Assembly (NCBI GenBank): GCA_965208835.1
Contig: OZ242358.1
Span: 4,064,001 to 4,128,000 of the forward strand
Source: Candidatus Latescibacterota bacterium
Lineage (GTDB): Bacteria; Latescibacterota; UBA2968; GCA-2709665
Reading direction: 5' to 3'
DNA: 64,000 bases
The notes under the pieces were generated by a model. That model worked only from the letters and a program-made list of their open reading frames with translations. It was not told where the DNA came from and made no database searches. Shown in pieces: positions 21,139 through 30,332 of this stretch. The position numbers and the translations under genes are program-made. How positions within the stretch are numbered: the stretch's first letter is position 1; every line of letters starts with the position of its first letter.

Positions 21139-22200
21139 TTACCTGCCGCCAATTCTCGCGCCAAGCCCGACCAGAAGCGAGAAGTCATTGACTTCGTCGT
21201 CGAACCATCTCCTGTACTGAGCTTCCGCGCGCACAAGGAACGCGGCGCCCGCGCGAAGCTGGTAACCCACGCCCCCGCCGGCGGAAAAGTCGGCCTCAGC
21301 CTCCCGCTCGTCCACGTCGAGAACCAGAACCGCGCCGTTGCACAGCAGATACGGCCCGGATCCCGCGTTGTCGTGCAGAGAAAACAATGCGCGCCCGCCG
21401 AGATTGAGGGACGTGGTACGTATCGTGCTGCCGGAACTCCGCCCGATGTTGATTTCCGGCCCGACGGACAGATTGGCGCTCGGAAACCAGGAGACGTAAA
21501 TCGATGGATTGCCCAGAACGCCGGACGTCGGGGAACCCGGCGCCGCCATCATGACGATGCTGTCGTCGTCGGAGGAGATACGCGAAATTCCGAATCGCGT
21601 TCCGACTTCGTACAACGGCCCAGCGATATTCGGTACTTCACCGCCACTGCCCGTTCGCGCGCCCAGGCCGAGAAGAAGGGAAAAGTTATCGACGCCGTCG
21701 TCAAACCATCGCCGATATCGTCCCTCCGCACGCAGAACGAAAGCCGGCCCGAGATGCCATCGATATCCCAGACCCCCGCCTGCCGCGAAGTCAGTCACTG
21801 AGGGGCGTTCACGAAGATCGAAATGCCTAACGGCACCGTGACACAACATATAGAGACCGGACCCTGGAGATCCCAGCGGAAAGAACGTGCCTCGACCCCC
21901 AAAGTAGAGCGATGTAATTCCAAATACGTCTCCCGCGGTCCGCCCGGCACTGAACTCCGACCCGACCGACACGTTTACAACGGGAAACCACGAGACGTAG
22001 AGCGAAGGGATACCCGGGATGCCCAACGTCGGTGAACTCGGCAGACCGATTATGGTGGCCCCATCGCCATCCGAGGAGTGATGGGTGAGTCCGAATAGCG
22101 TACCAATCTCGAAACTGCGAACCGATTCCATTTCCTCTGCAGAACCGGATCCGGCCAGTACCAACAGAACCACGCACCCTAATGCGACAGGACGCAGCAT
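21139..22200 (-). CDS. Tandem double outer-membrane beta-barrel-like protein
   Basis: Signal peptide then two homologous ~160-aa halves (ExGTxFG...PSxYVSWFP...DFxAGGGxGY...RAExxYRRWFDDxVxxFSLLxGLGAR) with amphipathic strand pattern; GGAGG RBS. Confidence 0.7.
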   Translation of the reverse strand: MLRPVALGCVVLLVLAGSGSAEEMESVRSFEIGTLFGLTHHSSDGDGATIIGLPSSPTLGIPGIPSLYVSWFPVVNVSVGSEFSAGRTAGDVFGITSLYFGGRGTFFPLGSPGSGLYMLCHGAVRHFDLRERPSVTDFAAGGGLGYRWHLGPAFVLRAEGRYRRWFDDGVDNFSLLLGLGARTGSGGEVPNIAGPLYEVGTRFGISRISSDDDSIVMMAAPGSPTSGVLGNPSIYVSWFPSANLSVGPEINIGRSSGSTIRTTSLNLGGRALFSLHDNAGSGPYLLCNGAVLVLDVDEREAEADFSAGGGVGYQLRAGAAFLVRAEAQYRRWFDDEVNDFSLLVGLGARIGGR

Positions 22201-22259
22201 AGATTCCTCCGGTGGGCGATTTCGAGGTCGTTCAGGCGCCGAAGGTCCGGCTTGTACAT

Positions 22260-23606
22260 CTACGAACCGAACGCGTCGACAAACCTGAAGAAGTCCGCGA
22301 AATCCACCCTGCCATTGCCATCGAGATCAAACCGTGCGTCGGTGCTGCCGAACGCATCGGCGAAGAGGAAGAAGTCAATAAAGTCGGTCCGTCCATCACC
22401 ATTGAAATCGGTTGTAGCCGGAGCTTGCACCATGGTCGTTACGGCATGCGCCACCGACCATGGGCCTTCGCCGGAGCCGCTGACCGTACGCACCTGAACG
22501 TCGTACCGCCGGCCGCCGGCAAGGCCGGTCGTTCTGTAGCTCAGTGCCCCTGACCCGGTTGTCCAGACGTCTTCGACCACGGTCCAATTCGCGTCAGCCT
22601 TGTCGGGGGCGTCGCTGCGGATATAACGCAGATCGTAGGCGGTGACGACCGAGCCGCCGGTGCTCGATGGCGCCGACCACGTTATGGTGAAAGCGCCGCG
22701 GCCGGCCGTCAATGAAAGTATGGCTGGCGCCGTCGTGGCGGGAGCTCGGGAAGGCATGTCGTAGGCATAAATCTTGTGGTCGAAGTCGTCCGCCACCCAC
22801 ATCGTCGTACCGTCCGACCAGATGCCGGTCGGGCTGTCGTTTCCGGCATCGTCCAGTGTATCGATGTCTTTGCCGGGATCCCGAACCCCCGACTTCAGGC
22901 TGTAGGCGTAGATCCTGGCGTCGAAGCTGTCCGCCACCCACATCGTCGTGCCGTCCGACCAGATTCCCGTCGGATCGTCGTTTCCAGCCTCATCCAGTGT
23001 ATTAATGTCCTTTCCGGAAACACGGGCCCCGGTTGCCATCGCGTAAGCATAGATTTTCTCGTCAGACATATCCGCCACCCACATCGTCGTCCCATCCGAC
23101 CAGATCCCTTCCGGGTTGTCGTTCCCTGCAGATTCCAGCGTATTGATGTCCTTGTCGAGGTCACGAGCCCGGGTGGCCAGCGTGTACGCAAAGATCTTCT
23201 CTCCGAACCAGGGATCGTCCGCCACCCACATCGTCGTACCGTCGGACCAGATGCCCTCCGGCTCACCGTTTCCGGCGTCGTCCAGCGTATCGAAGTCTTT
23301 GGTGGGATCCCGATCACCGGAAGCCAAGACGTACGCGTAAATCTTCTCGTCGCCCCCGAACTGGTCGTCCGCCACCCACATCGTCGTACCGTCGGACCAG
23401 ATGCCCTCCGGTTCGTCGTTTCCGGCGGCGCCCAGTGTATTGATGTCTTTGGCGGAGTCCCGGTCACAACACGCGGCCAGGGTCACATTCTGCGACTCGC
23501 CCGTGCCTCCGTCCTCGCCGCCGCTGCCCGTACGCGAATAACCGACGATTGCCGGCACCAACACGAGAATCCATACGATATGCCGTCGTTGGCAGACAAT
23601 GTGCAT
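22260..23606 (-). CDS. Secreted 5x GIWSDG-repeat propeller + FN3 + dockerin (class A); paralogue of 10033-11448
   Basis: Same architecture and shared motifs (CCxRDxAKDI, DPWFGEK, YIRSDAxDKAxANWTV); terminal dockerin. Confidence 0.85.
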   Translation of the reverse strand: MHIVCQRRHIVWILVLVPAIVGYSRTGSGGEDGGTGESQNVTLAACCDRDSAKDINTLGAAGNDEPEGIWSDGTTMWVADDQFGGDEKIYAYVLASGDRDPTKDFDTLDDAGNGEPEGIWSDGTTMWVADDPWFGEKIFAYTLATRARDLDKDINTLESAGNDNPEGIWSDGTTMWVADMSDEKIYAYAMATGARVSGKDINTLDEAGNDDPTGIWSDGTTMWVADSFDARIYAYSLKSGVRDPGKDIDTLDDAGNDSPTGIWSDGTTMWVADDFDHKIYAYDMPSRAPATTAPAILSLTAGRGAFTITWSAPSSTGGSVVTAYDLRYIRSDAPDKADANWTVVEDVWTTGSGALSYRTTGLAGGRRYDVQVRTVSGSGEGPWSVAHAVTTMVQAPATTDFNGDGRTDFIDFFLFADAFGSTDARFDLDGNGRVDFADFFRFVDAFGS

Positions 23607-23613
23607 CAACGCT

Positions 23614-23810
23614 TAACCTTGATTCGTAAGTCTTCGGGGAGGTTAATTCGAATATGTGCTTGTAAATAAAGGCGATTAGACGGCGGATTACCAGGATAAA
23701 CCAGGTCGCTGGACGTGAAGCGAAAAAACGCCCTTCATGACGACCATTTCGGCCTGTTTCGAAGGGTTTCGTCGCGGTGCCGCGTTGCGGCTTTTGCGGA
23801 ATTGAGGTTA
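23614..23810. mobile_element. MITE family 1, copy 2 (197 bp)
   Basis: Matches 8660-8856; reads TTAA-CCTT...GAGG-TTAA, compatible with a TTAA or TA target duplication. Confidence 0.8.
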
Positions 23811-23854
23811 ATACCACTAAGCATGATCTGTTTCCTGATCCCTTTCACCGGCGC

Positions 23855-26650
23855 TCACGATCCGAACGCATCGACGAATTTGAAGAAGTCGGCGAAATCC
23901 ACCGTGCCGTTGCCATCCAGATCGAACTTTGCGTTCGTGCTGCCGTATGCGTCGGCAAACAGGAAGAAATCGACGAAATCGGTCCTGCCGTCGCCGTTGA
24001 AATCGGTGGTCGATCCGGTCGTTCCGCCAGTTGTCGGGGACGCATCAGGTCGCTGCCGCCCGAACTCCTGCCACGTGTCCATACCGTCGCCGTCGAAGTC
24101 CGCACGCAGCGCAGGATACTGCTGCGCAGTCCCGAAGTCCCAGGGTTCGTCGCCACCTGTGGCCGTGTCGCTGTCTCCGTCCGCGTTGTCCAGGTCCAGG
24201 TTCCATGCGGCGTAGATGCCGGTGTATCCGCTTGGCGTCTGAAGTTCCCCAGTCGTCTTTCCCTCCCCCGCAGTGCTCGACACCCGACCGGAGGTTGTGG
24301 TATTCCAATAGCTGTTGCTGACGCCGCTGCCCTGGTTCCGTCCCACGAGGCCACCGACGTCGCTACCCGAACTCGTCACCCATCCCGTCGCATAGCCGGC
24401 TCGGATATAACCCCACTGGTTATACCCCACCAACCCGCCCGCGGAATCATCGCCGGTCACGGCGCCCGTCGCGTAACTCGCCCCGATGCTGACGTCGTTC
24501 TGCCCCACAAGTCCGCCGACGTTTGTCTTTCCGGTCACCGCCCCTGTCGCGTAGCAGACCGCGATCTTGCCGCCGTTGTGAAGACCGACCAACCCGCCGA
24601 CGTGTGACTGGTTGCCGGTACCCGTCACCGCCCCTGACGCGTAGCTGGCGCGAATGCTGCCGTAGTTGTACCCCGCCAGCCCCCCGACACGGCTGCGGAA
24701 GCTCGAACCCGGGCCCGTCACCGTCGCCTCGGTGTAGCTGGCAGCGATGCTGCTTCCTCTGTCGCTCGAGCCGCCGTTCCGGCCGACCAGTCCCCCGACC
24801 TCGCTGCTTCCGGCGCCAGTGCTAGTTACCGACCCCGTCACGTGGCTCCCGGTGATGATGCCGGCGTTCTTCCCCGCCAGCCCGCCGACGATGACTCCCC
24901 GACTCGAGCCGCTCACATCGACATCCACAACTCCCAGGTTTCTTACACGCCCGCCGTTGCCGACAACCCCGAAAAGTCCGATCCGACTGGACGAGCGATC
25001 AATGTACAAACGGGAGATCGTGTGATCATTGCCCTCGAACGTGGCGATGAATTCGTTACCGGTACCGGGACTTCCGATGGGGTCCCAGCCTTCACCGCTG
25101 TGCCAGTACTCGTCGAGATTATCCACGTCGCCATCGCCGTCGGTGTCGAAGTCCAGGTCGCCCTTCAACTCGTACCCCGTACAGACGGGTACGTCCGGAG
25201 TGGCTGGATGCTCATCATGGTCGACCAGCGCGCATCCCATGCTCGCCACGGCATCAGGGAAGGCCGTGGTATAGGCTTGCCGGTTTGTCCCACTGTCCAC
25301 CGCACCGTCGCCGTCCAGATCCCATCGTATGGCGTTCAACTGCGCGAGGGTTCTGATCTCGATCAGGCCGTCGCCATCGCTGTCGTAGGAAACTGTAGAG
25401 ACCGGAATCGAGGACGGCGAGGAGGCGACCGTCCGCTGCGGGTCGACATCGTCCGCATCAATGTCTCCATCACCGTCGAAGTCCCTGCGCAACACGGGGT
25501 ACTCTGAGGCTGTCCCGAAATCCCATGGATCGTCGTCGGTGTTATCGCCGTCCAAATCCAGGTTCCAGTTTGCGTAGATCCCCGTATAGCCGGTTGGCGC
25601 ACACAGTTCCATAGTCGTCTTGCCGACCCCTCCACCGCTCGAGGCTTGCCGGGAGGTTTCAATATTCCAATAGCTGGCGACGATGCTGCCTGAGCTGCCC
25701 GCCTCCAGCCCGCCGACCGTAAAGTTGACGCCCGAGCCCGTCACGGCACCCGTCGCATAGCTGGCGACGATGCTGCCTGAGCTGCCCGCCACCAGCCCAC
25801 CGACGGCAAACCCATTCCCCGAGCCCGTCACGGCACCCGTCGCATAGCTGGCAACAATCCTGCCAAATCTGTAGTTGCTCCCCACCAGCCCGCCGACCGC
25901 AGAGATCCCGCCCGAGCCCGTCACGACACCCGTCGCATAGCTGGCAACAATCCTTCCTCGTCCGTGGTTGCCCCCCACAAGCCCGCCGACGCCTCCGTTA
26001 CCAGAGTTCGCCACCTCACCCGTCGCATAGCTGTCGATGATGATGCCTCGATTGACACCCACCAGCCCGCCGACCCAATTGCTTTGGCCCGAGCCCGTCA
26101 CGGCAACGTCGCGAACCGCCACATTCCGCACCTGCCCGCCGGTGCTGACGCTCCCGAACAAGCCGATGTTACGCGTGGTGCGATTGATGTACAGGTTAGA
26201 GATAGCATGCCCATTGCCCTCAAAGGTGGTTGCGAATTCCGAGATTGGCGCCCAGCCGGCACCGCTGTTCCAGTAATCGTCGGTCCAATTCACGGCGCCG
26301 TCTCCATCCGTGTCAAAGTCCAGATCCACCGCCAGCTCATAACCGCTGCAGTCATAGTCATCGGCATCGTCGGCCGTGGTGGGACAGCCCATGTCCGTCG
26401 CGGCGTTGGGAAAGGCGGCGGCGTAAACGGCGGCGTTGGCACTATTGTCCACCGCACCGTCGCCGTCCAGGTCCCAGCGCACTGCGTTCAACTGCGCCAG
26501 GGTGCTGATCTCGATCTGGCCGTCGCCGTCGCTGTCGTAGGAAACCGCGGCCTCAACCGCCTCGGGCGCTACAGACAGAAGGACGGCGTAGAAGGCCAGC
26601 CAACATGGAACAGGCACGCGGAGTTTGAGATTCACCGTTGGCGACTCCAT
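23855..26650 (-). CDS. Secreted GLUG-repeat (beta-helix adhesin-like) protein with Ca-binding DxDxDG motifs, duplicated, + dockerin (class A)
   Basis: Many VGGLVGxNxGxIxxSYATGxVTG repeats; two copies of YDSDGDGxIEIxTLAQLNAxRWDLDGDG and of GYTGIYAxWNLDLD...PWDFGT; AGGAG RBS before ATG 26650. Confidence 0.85.
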   Translation of the reverse strand: MESPTVNLKLRVPVPCWLAFYAVLLSVAPEAVEAAVSYDSDGDGQIEISTLAQLNAVRWDLDGDGAVDNSANAAVYAAAFPNAATDMGCPTTADDADDYDCSGYELAVDLDFDTDGDGAVNWTDDYWNSGAGWAPISEFATTFEGNGHAISNLYINRTTRNIGLFGSVSTGGQVRNVAVRDVAVTGSGQSNWVGGLVGVNRGIIIDSYATGEVANSGNGGVGGLVGGNHGRGRIVASYATGVVTGSGGISAVGGLVGSNYRFGRIVASYATGAVTGSGNGFAVGGLVAGSSGSIVASYATGAVTGSGVNFTVGGLEAGSSGSIVASYWNIETSRQASSGGGVGKTTMELCAPTGYTGIYANWNLDLDGDNTDDDPWDFGTASEYPVLRRDFDGDGDIDADDVDPQRTVASSPSSIPVSTVSYDSDGDGLIEIRTLAQLNAIRWDLDGDGAVDSGTNRQAYTTAFPDAVASMGCALVDHDEHPATPDVPVCTGYELKGDLDFDTDGDGDVDNLDEYWHSGEGWDPIGSPGTGNEFIATFEGNDHTISRLYIDRSSSRIGLFGVVGNGGRVRNLGVVDVDVSGSSRGVIVGGLAGKNAGIITGSHVTGSVTSTGAGSSEVGGLVGRNGGSSDRGSSIAASYTEATVTGPGSSFRSRVGGLAGYNYGSIRASYASGAVTGTGNQSHVGGLVGLHNGGKIAVCYATGAVTGKTNVGGLVGQNDVSIGASYATGAVTGDDSAGGLVGYNQWGYIRAGYATGWVTSSGSDVGGLVGRNQGSGVSNSYWNTTTSGRVSSTAGEGKTTGELQTPSGYTGIYAAWNLDLDNADGDSDTATGGDEPWDFGTAQQYPALRADFDGDGMDTWQEFGRQRPDASPTTGGTTGSTTDFNGDGRTDFVDFFLFADAYGSTNAKFDLDGNGTVDFADFFKFVDAFGS

Positions 26651-26739
26651 AAAAACTCCTCGTCCCAGGTACAAATCGAAATATGGTCGGGATTATTCTT
26701 CATCTGCAAATCGCTTGATTTCCCAATCGTTGCTGGCGA

Positions 26740-29616
26740 CTACGATCCAAACGCATCGACGAACTTGAAGAAGTCCGCGAAATCCACGGTCCCGTTGCCA
26801 TCCAGGTCGAACTTTGCGTTCGTGCTGCCGTAAGCGTCCGCAAACAGGAAGAAATCGACGAAATCCGTCCTGCCGTCGCCGTTGAAATCCGTCGCCGCTT
26901 GCGTCTGCCCCTCACCGCAGTAGGGCAGACCGACCTGGTCCAGGTCGTTGTTCGCAACGTCCTCCAGGCCCGCCGGGATGCAGCCTTTCAACTGGTTGCC
27001 TGAGAGATACAGGTGCGTCAGGTTGGTGAGGCTATCGAGTTCCGCGGGTATGGAGCCGGTCAACCGGTTGTTGGCGAGACTCAGCGTGGTCAAGCGTGTC
27101 AGGTTGCCAAGCTCCGCCGGTATGGAGCCGGTCAACTGATTGCTGTGCAGATTCAGTTTGGTCAGCCTGGACAGGTTGCCCAGTTCAGACGGGATCGCGC
27201 CGCTCAACCGGTTGCGGTAGAATTCCAGATGAACCAGGTTTGATAGATTGCCCACTTCGGAAGGAATTGCTCCGCTTAACTGGTTGGAATAGAGATACAG
27301 CGACACAAGGAAGTTGAGGTTGCCAATTTCCGCGGGGATTGGACCGCTCAACCGGTTCAATTCGAGATTTAGCTCAATGACCCGGCCGGTGCCGGTTGTA
27401 CTGACACCCTTCCACTCTTCAATGGGCGTGGCACTGAGCCAGTTCGTCTTGTCACGCCAGTTGGGGCCGCTGGTGGCATTGTACAGCGCAGCCAGGGCGA
27501 CGCTGTCCGGGTTGGCCGGCGTGGAAGCCGGCGAAGATGCCCCCGTCCACTCCGAGGCGTCCCACAGTTCGATCCCGTTCAGCCCGACCGAAGCAAGCAG
27601 GGATCCGTCGGGAGAAAACACCCCGTTGATCCCGAAGCCACTTCCGTCCTCCAGGTGGTCCGGATGCCCAAGCCTGGCGACTTTCTCCGTCGTCGCCGCG
27701 TCCCACACGAGGACCTCCCCCAGTCCCGCGCCGGTGGCGAGCACCGACCCGTCCGAGGAAAACGACGGCTTTCCATGCCCCTGAAGGGTTGCGGTCGTGT
27801 CCCGCGCCGCCACGTCCCAAAGCACCATGGGTCCGTCGGTACTCGAAGCGAGAACGGTCCCGTCTGGCGAGAACGCCACGTCCAGGACCCGTCCGGTCTT
27901 GCCCTCAAGTGTCGCGATATTGGTACGTGTCGCCGTGTTCCACAGCTTGACCGTGCCGTCCCTTGAACCGGACGCGAGTGTACCATCGGATGAAAACGCT
28001 ACAGAGAAGACGTGACTCGTGTGCCCCGTGAGGGTGGCGATCAGCGTCCGGCTGGATACGTCCCAGAGCTTGATCGTCCTGTCGCCCGAGCCTGAAGCGA
28101 GGGTGTCGCCGCCGGGCGAGAACGCAAGCGAATGGACCCCCGTGGGGCCCCCCGTATGCCCCGGCAGCGTGGCGATCAGGGTCTGGTCCGCCACGTTCCA
28201 CAGCTTGATATTGGCCTCGTCGGTCCGGGTGGAACCGGAAGCGAGCGTGGCGCCGTCGGGCGAGAACGCAAGCGAAGAACCGCCACCGCTGAGTGACGCG
28301 GTATGGACTCGCGACGTCATATTCCATAGTTGGATCCCCGCCGACGAATTCACAGCGAGGACCGATCCGTCAGGAGAAAACTTCGCGCCATAGATCTCCG
28401 GTGAATATTTCCCCGTAAATCTGAATAACGTGGCGAGGTGGTGTTCCGACGCTTCCGCAAAGACGAAATGCGTATCGTGCAGTGGTCCGGTATTCGCATT
28501 TCCCTCTGTATCGACCGCGAGGACCGACACGTACTGCGCGGGGGAGGCGGAAAGACTTGAAACGCCTTCAGAGGGAATGATGCCGTCGTAGTCGAACGTG
28601 GCGACAGCCTGATTCTGACCGGTGAAAACCCGGCACGATTTCACTTCCTGCGATCCCGCGGCCGCGTGGGGCGATTTCGTCTTGAGGAAGAACACAACCT
28701 GGTGAAGTCCTCTGCTGCCGGAAGCCGTAACCCTGAACTGAACGGAGAAGCTCGTTGCCCCGGCCGGATATCTCAGCGGCGAGATCAGCTCTACGCCCGG
28801 CGAGTTGAATGCCCCCAGGTCGTATCCACCCTGATATCCCTTGATCGGGATTGCCGGATTGAAATAGGGATGTACAGACAGCAGGCCGGCGCTGCACGCC
28901 GCAAGCCGGTTCCATCCCGGGCCATACGACATGATGTTGGCGCCATCGTTGAAATCGTGCTGCAAGCCGAAGGCATGGCCGAGTTCGTGGGCCGCCGTTT
29001 CATCGATGAAGCTGGCGGGCAGCAGCGCGTAACCGCGGTTATCCGCCCACCGGGCGCCAAAGCCCGCCACGTTGCCCCAGCCCAGGTTGTTGTACGTGCT
29101 GTGGTCAACAACGATGAAGAAGATGTTCTGGCTCGTGTCGAACGTCGATCCCAGGTCCCTGAAGACGTTTCCAATGCCGACCATGCGATACGAGGAGAGA
29201 TAGCTGGCATCGGAGTTTGGCGCGTCGAAACGGCGTACGATCGGATCGCCCTGCGCGTCGGTCTCATACTCAAAGGTCATGGCGCCTTTGCCGTTCGACT
29301 GCATCTGGTTGAGGAAGAAGGTCCTGATCCGGGGAATCCGCGCCTTCATCGAATCGACCACGTCCGGGTTGAACGTCCTGTCGTTCGGCAGGAAATAGAT
29401 AAGGCGCAACTGGCGTGTCTGGCCGGAATCCGACACCGCCGCCCGCTTGAAGGCCGGACCGAACGCCAGTTCATGCCCTAAGTGCTCATGATCCCGCGCC
29501 TGGCAGGAATGCGTCCAACCGAATTCGGGAGAAGAGGCGTATGCGAACGGCGACAACAACAGGACAGCCATACAGGTGGGAAAGACGGCAGAAACGATGG
29601 GGATTTTATCGGACAT
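26740..29616 (-). CDS. Secreted metzincin peptidase + WD40 + plant-type LRR + dockerin (class A)
   Basis: HELGHAFGLQH/NIMSYG; WD40 repeats; LRR N-cap DSVALAALYNATSGPNW and LxxNxLSGxIP repeats; GGAGG RBS; terminal dockerin. Confidence 0.85.
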   Translation of the reverse strand: MSDKIPIVSAVFPTCMAVLLLSPFAYASSPEFGWTHSCQARDHEHLGHELAFGPAFKRAAVSDSGQTRQLRLIYFLPNDRTFNPDVVDSMKARIPRIRTFFLNQMQSNGKGAMTFEYETDAQGDPIVRRFDAPNSDASYLSSYRMVGIGNVFRDLGSTFDTSQNIFFIVVDHSTYNNLGWGNVAGFGARWADNRGYALLPASFIDETAAHELGHAFGLQHDFNDGANIMSYGPGWNRLAACSAGLLSVHPYFNPAIPIKGYQGGYDLGAFNSPGVELISPLRYPAGATSFSVQFRVTASGSRGLHQVVFFLKTKSPHAAAGSQEVKSCRVFTGQNQAVATFDYDGIIPSEGVSSLSASPAQYVSVLAVDTEGNANTGPLHDTHFVFAEASEHHLATLFRFTGKYSPEIYGAKFSPDGSVLAVNSSAGIQLWNMTSRVHTASLSGGGSSLAFSPDGATLASGSTRTDEANIKLWNVADQTLIATLPGHTGGPTGVHSLAFSPGGDTLASGSGDRTIKLWDVSSRTLIATLTGHTSHVFSVAFSSDGTLASGSRDGTVKLWNTATRTNIATLEGKTGRVLDVAFSPDGTVLASSTDGPMVLWDVAARDTTATLQGHGKPSFSSDGSVLATGAGLGEVLVWDAATTEKVARLGHPDHLEDGSGFGINGVFSPDGSLLASVGLNGIELWDASEWTGASSPASTPANPDSVALAALYNATSGPNWRDKTNWLSATPIEEWKGVSTTGTGRVIELNLELNRLSGPIPAEIGNLNFLVSLYLYSNQLSGAIPSEVGNLSNLVHLEFYRNRLSGAIPSELGNLSRLTKLNLHSNQLTGSIPAELGNLTRLTTLSLANNRLTGSIPAELDSLTNLTHLYLSGNQLKGCIPAGLEDVANNDLDQVGLPYCGEGQTQAATDFNGDGRTDFVDFFLFADAYGSTNAKFDLDGNGTVDFADFFKFVDAFGS

Positions 29617-29680
29617 TCGTACCTCCAGGTATCACATAGAGCGCCCGACAGTTTACGTGACCACGCACCATTGGACAGGA

Positions 29681-29724
29681 ACCCTGAGCCGCTCCCTGAG
29701 CCTGTCGAAGGGTCGGCGAAGGGT
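29681..29724. repeat. Nested REP-like palindrome (CCCTGAGCCTGTCGAAGGG inside ACCCTGAGCCG...CGGCGAAGGGT)
   Basis: Two nested copies of a CCCTGAGC...CGAAGGG hairpin unit with GA/GA mismatches, intergenic. Confidence 0.55.
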
Positions 29725-29844
29725 GAAAAAAGCGGCGAAACTGTCGCAAAATGCGACAGTTTCGGCAGGATAATTCCGAACATCAGCTCAATCCTGCGGG
29801 AACCAAATAGAACTATGCTGTGGAGAAAAATGCGCGAAGGTCGT

Positions 29845-30276
29845 TTACTGGATTGGATTTGCGGTGAGAAACATGGAATTCGCCAGGGACGTGAAGAAAT
29901 TCTGGTAGATTACGGGTTCCCTGACCGGACCGCGGTAGTACGCATTCATACGCACCAGCACCTGCGTTGTGCGCCTGCTACGTACGGTTACCGTTAATCG
30001 AATTGGATATTTGTCGATTCTTCTGGCTGTGATCGTCCCGAGCGCCTCGTCCGCCTTTTTGATGACAAAACCGAAATCCTGAAGTGTGGCGATGATGGCT
30101 CTCAACGTCCTGTTCTCATCCGTGGTATCGAACGCACGGGTCTGCATGCTTCGGATTTTCAGTGGACTTTCGGCCAACTCCAACTTCAATGGTTTTTTTT
30201 CTTTCGACATACAGACGCCGCCTGAAAGCCCGAAGAACGTGAGAATCAGCGTTGCGATGATGCTGGGACTCTTCAT
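29845..30276 (-). CDS. Uncharacterised exported protein/lipoprotein, paralogue 4 (QTRAFDT family)
   Basis: Shares RSMQTRAFDTTD...LQDxGF...TVTVR...YQNFF with its neighbours; lipobox atypical (LSGGVC). Confidence 0.75.
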   Translation of the reverse strand: MKSPSIIATLILTFFGLSGGVCMSKEKKPLKLELAESPLKIRSMQTRAFDTTDENRTLRAIIATLQDFGFVIKKADEALGTITARRIDKYPIRLTVTVRSRRTTQVLVRMNAYYRGPVREPVIYQNFFTSLANSMFLTANPIQ

Positions 30277-30332
30277 AATTCTGTACCCACGGTATTTACG
30301 GCAATATCGTTATGAATGACGATCAGGGCCGT

